Both the position numbers and the translations under genes were made by a program. Shown here one piece after another: positions 53,498 through 61,228 of a DNA stretch of 64,000 nt. The DNA is from Alphaproteobacteria bacterium (lineage in GTDB: Bacteria; Pseudomonadota; Alphaproteobacteria; UBA828), in NCBI GenBank assembly GCA_965214705.1, contig OZ243972.1, forward strand, positions 2,656,001 through 2,720,000, written 5' to 3'. Numbering within the stretch: the first letter of the stretch is position 1; every line of letters begins with the position of its first letter. Below the pieces are notes generated by a model. That model saw only the letters and a list, made by a program, of their open reading frames with translations. It was not told the DNA's origin and did not search any database.

Positions 53498-54654
53498 CCG
53501 AACGCGCCCGCCTGACCGATGCGCTCGCGCTCGCGGCTCGTCCGCGCGAGCGCGAATACGCAATCCACGATACCGCCCTGCAAGGCTTCATGCTCCGCGT
53601 CCAGCCGCACGGCGCGCGGTCCTGGGTGTTCCGCTTCCGCCGCGACGGCAAGCCGCGCCGCGTCACGCTCGGTAAGCCGGACGCGGTGAAGGCCGACCAG
53701 GCGCGGGCCGCCGCGCTCGCCTTCCTCGCCCGCGAGAAGGGCGGCGGGAGTCCCGTGCCCCTTCCCGCTTCCGGCCCGACGCTGGCGAAGTTCGCCGCGG
53801 AGTATGTCGAGCGGCGCTCGCCTTCATGGAAGTCGTCCACGGTGAAGGCGACCCTGAGTTACCTCAACAGCGCCATCCTGCCCGCGCTCGGCCATCTCCG
53901 CGTCGGCTCGGTCGTGCGCGCCGATGTCGCCCGCTTCTTCCACGAATACGGACGCAGAAAGCCGGGCGGCGCGAATCGAAGTCATGACATACTGCGCAAC
54001 ATGTTCGACTGCGCCATCGTGTGGGGCCATCGGCCCGAAGCCGCCGGGAACCCGTGCAAGGGCATCGTCCGCTACCGGCGACCGCCGCGCGGGCGGCTGC
54101 TCGGCGCGGACGATCTGGCGAAGCTCGGCGCGGTCCTGCGCCAGCGCGAAGACGAATACCCGGTTTGCGTTGCGGCGGTGCGGCTGCTCCTGCTGACCGG
54201 GTGCAGGCCGGGCGAGATACGCCGTCTGCGCTGGTGCGAGGTCAAGCCGGACCGGCTCGCGCTGATTGACGCGAAGACGGGACCGAGGCACGTTCTGCTT
54301 GGCGAGGCGGCGCGGGAGCTGCTGCATGGCCTCGCCGAAATGGCGTCTGGAGAGTGGGTGTTTCCGGGCGGCAAGGGAAACGGGCCGTTGAGTACGAATG
54401 ACCTTTGGGCGTTCTGGACCAAGGCGCGCGATGCTGCCGGTATCGTGGCGGATGCGCGGCTGCATGACCTGCGTCATGCGCACGCCTCGCACGCGGTCAT
54501 GAACGGCGAGAGTCTGCATGTCGCGGGGCGCTTGCTCGGGCATCGCCGGGCCACAACGACCAACCGCTACGTCCATCTCGACGACGCGACCCTGAGCCAA
54601 GCTGCAGAACGGGTAGCGGTGGCGATTCAACGGCGACTGTGGCACTCTCCGTGA
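53494..54654 (+). CDS. Arm-binding-domain tyrosine integrase 2
   Basis: HDTALQGFMLRV arm domain, TGCRPGE, AKTG, HDLRHAHAS and LLGH...TTNRYVH; ATGA overlap with integrase 1. Confidence 0.92.
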   Translation: MTERARLTDALALAARPREREYAIHDTALQGFMLRVQPHGARSWVFRFRRDGKPRRVTLGKPDAVKADQARAAALAFLAREKGGGSPVPLPASGPTLAKFAAEYVERRSPSWKSSTVKATLSYLNSAILPALGHLRVGSVVRADVARFFHEYGRRKPGGANRSHDILRNMFDCAIVWGHRPEAAGNPCKGIVRYRRPPRGRLLGADDLAKLGAVLRQREDEYPVCVAAVRLLLLTGCRPGEIRRLRWCEVKPDRLALIDAKTGPRHVLLGEAARELLHGLAEMASGEWVFPGGKGNGPLSTNDLWAFWTKARDAAGIVADARLHDLRHAHASHAVMNGESLHVAGRLLGHRRATTTNRYVHLDDATLSQAAERVAVAIQRRLWHSP

Positions 54655-55085
54655 TGGACAACACCAAACTCTATTCCGAGGGTTTCATGTACATTGAAGA
54701 AACGATTGCAACAATCCTTATATCTGCTCTGGTTTCTGGGTTGCTCGCAACCTGCGTTTCCTTCTACCTAAATCGCAAACACACCAAAGACTTGATAAAG
54801 CGGGACGTCCACCGACGTCTCGTAGGCAATCGTTCCGTTTTGACTAAACCGGGTGTCGGGGTCAAGGGCGAGCCCTTCATCGCCTTGAACGAGACGTTTG
54901 TAGTATACGCGGCACATCCGGAGGTCATTTCCGCCCTCCGCAAGATGCATGAGGAACTCGCCTCACCAGATCGAATGCCCGACAACCTAGTGAGTCTCGT
55001 CAAAGCTATGGCTAAGGCCGCGAAGGTGCCTATTCATCAGCTAAACGACGATTTTTTCCTGCGGCCATTCACTCCACCATCTTGA
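54654..55085 (+). CDS. Hypothetical protein with N-terminal TM helix (possibly DUF6680-like)
   Basis: IATILISALVSGLLATCVSFYL hydrophobic segment, ALNETFVVY; TGATG coupling to the integrase; lower GC. Confidence 0.65.
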   Translation: MDNTKLYSEGFMYIEETIATILISALVSGLLATCVSFYLNRKHTKDLIKRDVHRRLVGNRSVLTKPGVGVKGEPFIALNETFVVYAAHPEVISALRKMHEELASPDRMPDNLVSLVKAMAKAAKVPIHQLNDDFFLRPFTPPS

Positions 55086-55100
55086 GTTCTGGTGGTTTCT

Positions 55101-55586
55101 ATGGTGGATACTAGAACTCCAGAACAACGCCGACGCATTATGCAGGCAGTCAAGAGCGAAAACACCGCGCCAGAGCTGATCGTCCGACGACTGTTGCATG
55201 GAATGGGCTATAGATACCGACTTCATCGCACGGACCTGCCTGGGCGACCGGACATCGCCTTAATCTCGCGCCGAAGAGCTATCTTCGTTCATGGTTGCTT
55301 TTGGCATGGTCACGACTGCCGAAAGGGAAAGCTGCCCAAATCGCGCCTCGACTATTGGGGACCGAAACTAGAAAGGAACAAGGAACGCGATAAAGAAAAG
55401 GCGGAAATGCTAGAATCATTAGGTTGGGGGGTGCTCGTAGTGTGGCAGTGTGAAACGGTCGATCTTGTCGCACTTACGTCACGACTTCATGAATTTATTG
55501 GTAGCAGAGATTTCCGATTGAAACAAAAGGTAGACCTCCGCAATTCTGCCAACATTAGAGTCGAGAAACGAGAGGCGGCGTCATGA
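55101..55586 (+). CDS. vsr: Very short patch repair endonuclease
   Basis: R.RIMQAVKSENTAPE, DLPGRPDI, FVHGCFWHGH and VVWQCE. Confidence 0.95.
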   Translation: MVDTRTPEQRRRIMQAVKSENTAPELIVRRLLHGMGYRYRLHRTDLPGRPDIALISRRRAIFVHGCFWHGHDCRKGKLPKSRLDYWGPKLERNKERDKEKAEMLESLGWGVLVVWQCETVDLVALTSRLHEFIGSRDFRLKQKVDLRNSANIRVEKREAAS

Positions 55587-56914
55587 GACCTATCGGTGTA
55601 GACTTGTTTTCTGGCGCAGGTGGGCTTAGCTTGGGATTCGAGCAAGCGGGATTCGACATAGTCTCTGCCGTCGAGATCGATCCTGTGCACTGTGCGGCTC
55701 ACAAGTATAACTTTCCGCATACAGTTACCATTCCTAGATCTATCGAGGAAGTCTCCGGCAAACATATTCTAGAGATGTCGGGAGTCGGACAACGCGAAGT
55801 GGATTGCGTTTTCGGTGGCGCTCCCTGTCAGGGATTCTCGTTAATCGGTCACCGAGTACTTGACGATCCTCGTAATCGATTAGTTCGGGAGTTCGTTCGT
55901 ATTGTTGTTGAATTAGAAGCCCGAACGTTCGTATTCGAAAACGTGAAGGGATTGACGGTTGGCAAACACCGAGCGTTCTTGGATGAGCTAGTCGATGAGT
56001 TTTCACAGGTTGGCTACAGGGTACGGGTCCCTTGGAAGGTTCTGAACGCCGGTCACTTCGATACTCCACAAAGTCGGGAACGACTGATCCTCCTTGGTGC
56101 GAGAGTTGGAGAAGTTTTGCCTGAGTATCCCGCCATTCTGACCAATATCGCCGCTGGGCGCAATCACGTCGAGGGTCTGCCCATCGGGCCGACATGTACG
56201 GATGCTCTAGGGGACCTTCCCGACGCGGATCGATTTCCGACTCTGATTGGCTCGGATGCCGTGATTACGTCTTCGTTCCGCAAGCCGTCGATGTATGCGG
56301 CACGACTTCGATGTCTCACCAACGACGCTTGGCACTTCGGTTATGTGCGGGAGTGGAGGCCCGGGATGCTGACATCGAGTGCTCGAACGGCACACACTCC
56401 CATTTCGCGCAAGCGGTTTAGTCATACGAAGTCGGGGACAGTGGAGCCTATCAGCAGATTTTTCAAGCTTTGTGAATCGGGTGTCTCAAACACCCTCCGC
56501 GCCGGAACGGACGGGGCACGAGGCGCGTTCACGAGCCCGCGCCCTATTCACTATAGGTATGATCGCTGTATTACCGTGCGCGAGATGGCAAGATTGCACG
56601 GTTTCCCTGACTGGTTCCGCTTCAATGCAACGAAATGGCATGGTGCACGACAGATCGGCAATGCCGTACCGCCGCCGCTGGCGAGAGCTATAGCCGGAAA
56701 GGTGGTCGAGGCTTTGGGAGTTAGACCAAGCAGGCCGGTGAAGCCAATCCCGTTAGGCGATTCCGCGCTCCTTTTGTTCGATCTTTCCCAAGCTGCCGAG
56801 TTCTTCGGGGTGAAACCGTTACCCAGTCGCCGCGACAGAAAGAGCGGAGCGAAGAAACGCAAGCAAATTGAGATCGAGCGTGAACGCATGGCAGAGAGCA
56901 AGGCTCATGCCTAA
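55583..56914 (+). CDS. DNA (cytosine-5) methyltransferase
   Basis: DLFSGAGG, GGAPCQGFS, FENV, PQSRER and RQIGNAVPP. Confidence 0.95.
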   Translation: MRPIGVDLFSGAGGLSLGFEQAGFDIVSAVEIDPVHCAAHKYNFPHTVTIPRSIEEVSGKHILEMSGVGQREVDCVFGGAPCQGFSLIGHRVLDDPRNRLVREFVRIVVELEARTFVFENVKGLTVGKHRAFLDELVDEFSQVGYRVRVPWKVLNAGHFDTPQSRERLILLGARVGEVLPEYPAILTNIAAGRNHVEGLPIGPTCTDALGDLPDADRFPTLIGSDAVITSSFRKPSMYAARLRCLTNDAWHFGYVREWRPGMLTSSARTAHTPISRKRFSHTKSGTVEPISRFFKLCESGVSNTLRAGTDGARGAFTSPRPIHYRYDRCITVREMARLHGFPDWFRFNATKWHGARQIGNAVPPPLARAIAGKVVEALGVRPSRPVKPIPLGDSALLLFDLSQAAEFFGVKPLPSRRDRKSGAKKRKQIEIERERMAESKAHA

Positions 56915-57680
56915 ATCGCTAAACCGATATCAGGCACTCATCGAGAAGGTGTTCTTCGATCACTTTGAAGAAGGGCTGACCGAGTTCGAATTCCTGCGCG
57001 AAGAACTCGAAGAAGGTGCTGCGTCACTTGGATTCGCTCGTGTGAAGAATATTGGGGATGTTCCTTACTCTTTTCGATACCGGAACAAGCTACCTGACAG
57101 CGTTTTGGATACACAGTCGAAAGGCCGCGAATGGATAATCGAGGGCGCGGGTAAAGGACGCTATCGATTTCGGCTAGTTAAGCAAACGCGTATAGAGCCA
57201 CGGGCTGATCGAGTTGTCATAGATATACCGGACGCAACGCCGGAGGTAATTCGGGCATACGCATTGGATGATGAGCAGGCCCTCTTGGCGATTGTTCGTT
57301 ACAATCGGTTGATTGACATATTTCTTGGCCTGACGACCTATAGCCTCCAAAATCATCTTCGAACGACCGTAGAGGGCATGGGGCAAATCGAGATTGATGA
57401 ACTCTACATCGGACTCGATAAGAGCGGCGACCACTTCGTTATCCCTGTTCAAGCCAAAGGCGGGAAGGATCACATAGGTATCGTCCAGACTACGCAAGAT
57501 ATCCGGTTTTCCGAGCAGAGATTTCCTAATCTTGCGTGCCGGGCAATTGCGGTGCAGTTTATGGATGACCAGATCGTCGCACTATTCGAGCTAACCCTTC
57601 GAGGCGACGACATCAAGGTCGTGGAAGAACGACACTACAGGTTGGTTCCAGCCGAGGACCTGAAACGGGATACGAGATAG
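56907..57680 (+). CDS. Putative type II restriction endonuclease
   Basis: Overlaps the MTase stop; QIEIDELY...PVQAKGG PD-(D/E)xK-like motif. Confidence 0.7.
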   Translation: MPKSLNRYQALIEKVFFDHFEEGLTEFEFLREELEEGAASLGFARVKNIGDVPYSFRYRNKLPDSVLDTQSKGREWIIEGAGKGRYRFRLVKQTRIEPRADRVVIDIPDATPEVIRAYALDDEQALLAIVRYNRLIDIFLGLTTYSLQNHLRTTVEGMGQIEIDELYIGLDKSGDHFVIPVQAKGGKDHIGIVQTTQDIRFSEQRFPNLACRAIAVQFMDDQIVALFELTLRGDDIKVVEERHYRLVPAEDLKRDTR

Positions 57681-57741
57681 GCTAGGATGCACGCCCATGG
57701 TTTGAGACAAAGCCCCTTGGCGCGGGCGTCGGTGAAACAGA

Positions 57742-58323
57742 ATGCCTCTAACCACGTTGACAAGGCTGAAAGACGAGCTTCTGGACCTCTACGGAGAAGA
57801 CCAGATAGCGGTGTTCGCGACGACGACCGCGCGCAAGCAAGTGGATGACTGGTTGAAAGGCGGAGCGACCAAGGTCAACAACAGGCTGTCATTTGGGCAG
57901 GACGACCCCAATGAACCCGCAGCCGTTGCCGACTACTCGGTGACCTTCGCCGAGCTTCTTGCTCGATTAGATTCTGCCAGCCGACAGGCCAAGGCCGTGC
58001 GCGCAAGGTTGATCGTGTTCGCCTATACATTGTGGGAGAAGGTCTATCGACCGGCCATCAGTCGGGAGTGCGGCGTGGATCGCATAGACAGCGATGCGTT
58101 CGGAGATTTGCGTCTGTACCGACACGCCATCCTCCACCACAAAGGGAAGCTGGATACCGACACCACAGCTCTGACGGTGTTCGGCAAGGGCGACCTCATA
58201 GAACCGACCGCTGATCAGCTACGCGAGGTTTTCAAGCAGTTGGTGGTCGGACTCATCGACATAGGGGTACGCTACTACGGAGAGGACCCCGGTTTCGAGT
58301 GGGGACGCAAACTGAACCCGTAG
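57742..58323 (+). CDS. Hypothetical protein
   Basis: 193-aa ORF; contains R-HAIL-H (RHAILH), an Rx4H motif. Confidence 0.6.
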   Translation: MPLTTLTRLKDELLDLYGEDQIAVFATTTARKQVDDWLKGGATKVNNRLSFGQDDPNEPAAVADYSVTFAELLARLDSASRQAKAVRARLIVFAYTLWEKVYRPAISRECGVDRIDSDAFGDLRLYRHAILHHKGKLDTDTTALTVFGKGDLIEPTADQLREVFKQLVVGLIDIGVRYYGEDPGFEWGRKLNP

Positions 58324-58549
58324 GGCAAGTGTCGGCTCGGCTGTCAGAAAGTGTGCCAGCAATTCAGATTGAGCCATTACCTGAGATAGGCGAGGGGTGA
58401 CGGACATGCTAGGTTCGTGTCCTGAGAGTTGGGCGGGTACGGAGTAAGAGGAAGTCGGAATAAGGCTGCTGTGGGTTCTCAAGCCACTGAAATAGCATCC
58501 TTTTTTTCAGGCTAGGGTGCGAGGGCACGGGGCTAGTCTAGCATCCCGG

Positions 58550-58564
58550 ATGCGTGGGGTGTGA
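58550..58564 (+). repeat. Right copy of 15-bp direct repeat containing an F-type nic core
   Basis: GCATC-CCG-GATGC-GTGGGGTGT^GA hairpin plus nic architecture; identical 15-mer at 52112. Confidence 0.8.
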
Positions 58565-59068
58565 TGCTCCGGCCGCGTGCCCCGTATTGAGACCCCGAAG
58601 TGAAGCGCGCGGGCTGCTGATCGTCACAGTTCCAGTTCGAGCTCGTATTCGATCGTCTTGGGCCCGCGCTCCTTCACCGGCTCCGGCGCCTTCGCAGGTT
58701 CGGGTGCCCGCGCGGGTCGGGGTGCCGGAGCGGGCGGCTGCTCCCTCTCCGGTTCCGGCGTTCTCGCGGGCGTGGGCCGTCGTGTCCTTTCCGGCTCGTG
58801 GGCCGGCGCCTCGGGTCGGGACTCCGGTACCCGGTCCCTGGCGGGCGCAGGCGCCGTCCTTCTCCCGGGCTGTCGAGTCGGTGACTCCGGCCGTGCCTCC
58901 GTCCTCGGACTCCTTGCAGTTGCGGTCGGACGCATCGTCGCGGGTTCGCCGGCCAGCCCGTGCCGCTCGATCTCCCTTTCCCTGCTCGTGGCCGCTTCGC
59001 GTGCCTGCGCCTGCCTGGCCTGCTCCATCCTCCTCGCCAGTTCCGCCGCAGCGGCGACGCCCTCTAGT

Positions 59069-61228
59069 CCCAAGTTGGCACTTTTTCCGACCAGCCGAGC
59101 CTGTTCGAGCCAGTTTTGCGGCGCTGAACCACTAGATGTTGGGGTTGGAGGACACCTGAGACCCACATTTGCCATTCGTGGTCCTGGAAGCCAATTGTGG
59201 GGCCAGGACTTTGGAGTTGAGTCGATATCCCTCTTGCCAGATGCCGCGAACGCCGTGTATGCGAAACAGGCATCGCAGAAACGGCGCCGCCATGTACATC
59301 AAGGCAACCAGGACACACACCGACAAGGCCGGCCAGCCGGTCCGAAGCCATCGCCTCGTGCTCGCCCAGCGCGTCGGCGACAAGGTGCGCCACAGGACGC
59401 TGCTCAATCTCGGCACCGACTATCCGGTGCCGCGCGAGAAGTGGAAGGCCGTCACCGAACTCGCCGAGGCGCTGCTTCACGGCAAGCCGCCGCTGTTCGA
59501 GGGCGAGGCGGATGTGCGGGCCGCAGCCGAGGACATCGTCGCCAAGCTCAGGGCCAGGGGGTTCCGCGTCGAGGCGATGCAGGAAGAGGCGCGCAAGCCC
59601 GACATCGCCACCGTCGACCTCGATACCCTGGAGCACGAGAACCCGCGCACGGTCGGCTGCGAGCGCCTGTGCCTCAAGGCCCTCGACGCCCTCGGCTTCG
59701 CCGAAATCCTCCACGGCCTCGACATCAAGGGCCGCGACGGGCGCATCGCCAGCGCGCTGATCGTCGCCAGGATGGTCCATCCCGCCAGCGAGCGTGATAC
59801 CAGCCGCTGGCTCCGCCACGACAGCGCGGCCGCCGAGCTCCTGGGCCTGGAGGGCGACCGCAAGGCGCTGCGGCGCAAGACGCTCTACCGCATCGGCGAC
59901 CTGCTCTGGCGCCACCGCGCCGCCATCCAGCGGGAGCTGTTCAACCGTGAGCGCGCACTGCTCGACCTGCCCGAGACGATCGCCTTCTACGATCTCACCA
60001 ACGTCCACTACCACGGCCACACGGGCGGCGAGCTTCCCAGGTTCGGGCGCTCCAAGCAGAAGCGCGACGACTGTCCCCTCATCACGCTGGCGCTGGCGCT
60101 CGACGGCGCGGGCTTCCCGCGCAGTTGCGAGATCCTGCCGGGCAACGTGAGCGAGCCGGGCACGCTGCACGAGGCGCTGGCGCGGCTCGAGGCGGTGTGC
60201 GGCGGCACGGCGCCGAAGCCCACGGTGGTCATGGACGCGGGCATCGCCACCGAGAAAAACATCGCGTGGCTGGGCGAGCAGGGCTACGACTGGATCGCGG
60301 TCAGCCGCGGTGCCAGGCCTGCGCCGCCCGAGGGCGGACCCGAGGCCCTGCTGATCACCAGCGCGCGCCACGAGGTGCGGGCCTGGCGGCTTGCCAGCGA
60401 GGACGGCGAGGCGCGGCTCTACGTCGTCAGCGAGGGCAAGAAGAAGGCCGAGAACGCGATCATCGGCCTGAGGCGGAACCGCTTCGAGGCGGCGCTGGAA
60501 AGGCTCCACGGCGGCCTTGCGGTCAAGGGCCGCCTCAAGCGCTACGACAAGGTGCTGGAGAGCATAGGCCGCCTCAAGCAGCGCTTCTCCGCCGTCGCCA
60601 GGCACTACGAGATCACGGTCGAGAGGGCGAAAACCGGCCCCAATGCCACCGCCGTGCGCTTCAAGCGCAGGCCGCGATACGACGAGGCCGATGAGGGCGC
60701 CGGTGCCTATGTGCTGCGCACCAGCCACGTCGACTGGGACATCGAGACGGTCCTGCGGACGTACTGGCGGATCACGGATATCGAGGCGACATTCCGGAGC
60801 CTGAAATCCGAGCTCGGCCTTCGCCCGATCTGGCACCAGCTCGACCGGCGCATCGCGGCCCACCTGCTGATCGCCGTGCTGGCCTACCACGCCGTGCATC
60901 TGATCCGTACCCGGCTGGCCGCGCGCGGCATCCACAAGTGCTGGGCGTCGATCCGCGAGAGCATGCGGACCTGGGTGCGGATCACCACGCGCCTGCGCCA
61001 GACCGACGGCACCTTGATCGTCAACCGCCAGGACACGCGCCCGGCCGCCGAGGTTGCCGCAATCTCCTCGGCGGCGGGCGTGGACCCCGCCATCCACCGC
61101 ACGAGGACCCGTCTGATGAGCTGACAGAATCTCACAAAATGTGGGGCCATGTTGGAATCGACCGAGAAAAATATCGCGTTGAATCAAACCAATAGGGAAC
61201 ACAGGCAGCGGAAAAGTGCCAACTTGGG
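59069..61228 (+). mobile_element. IS1634-family insertion sequence (2160 bp)
   Basis: 17-bp perfect terminal IR CCCAAGTTGGCACTTTT; TAGT duplicated at 59065-68 and 61229-32; removal restores relaxase VSALEGVAAA. Confidence 0.92.
59292..61124 (+). CDS. IS1634 family DDE transposase
   Basis: FYDLTN, FGRSKQKR.D, VVMDAG, IEATFRSLKSELGLRPIWH and HLLIAVLAY. Confidence 0.92.
   Translation: MYIKATRTHTDKAGQPVRSHRLVLAQRVGDKVRHRTLLNLGTDYPVPREKWKAVTELAEALLHGKPPLFEGEADVRAAAEDIVAKLRARGFRVEAMQEEARKPDIATVDLDTLEHENPRTVGCERLCLKALDALGFAEILHGLDIKGRDGRIASALIVARMVHPASERDTSRWLRHDSAAAELLGLEGDRKALRRKTLYRIGDLLWRHRAAIQRELFNRERALLDLPETIAFYDLTNVHYHGHTGGELPRFGRSKQKRDDCPLITLALALDGAGFPRSCEILPGNVSEPGTLHEALARLEAVCGGTAPKPTVVMDAGIATEKNIAWLGEQGYDWIAVSRGARPAPPEGGPEALLITSARHEVRAWRLASEDGEARLYVVSEGKKKAENAIIGLRRNRFEAALERLHGGLAVKGRLKRYDKVLESIGRLKQRFSAVARHYEITVERAKTGPNATAVRFKRRPRYDEADEGAGAYVLRTSHVDWDIETVLRTYWRITDIEATFRSLKSELGLRPIWHQLDRRIAAHLLIAVLAYHAVHLIRTRLAARGIHKCWASIRESMRTWVRITTRLRQTDGTLIVNRQDTRPAAEVAAISSAAGVDPAIHRTRTRLMS

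Noticed and set aside
52281-53675. 464-aa integrase ORF as given in the ORF track
   Set aside because: Its C-terminal part is out-of-frame read-through after the frameshift; the true gene ends at 53497.
54654-58500. Apparent absence of CGATCG in the RM module
   Set aside because: The region is too short for absence of a 6-mer to be meaningful.
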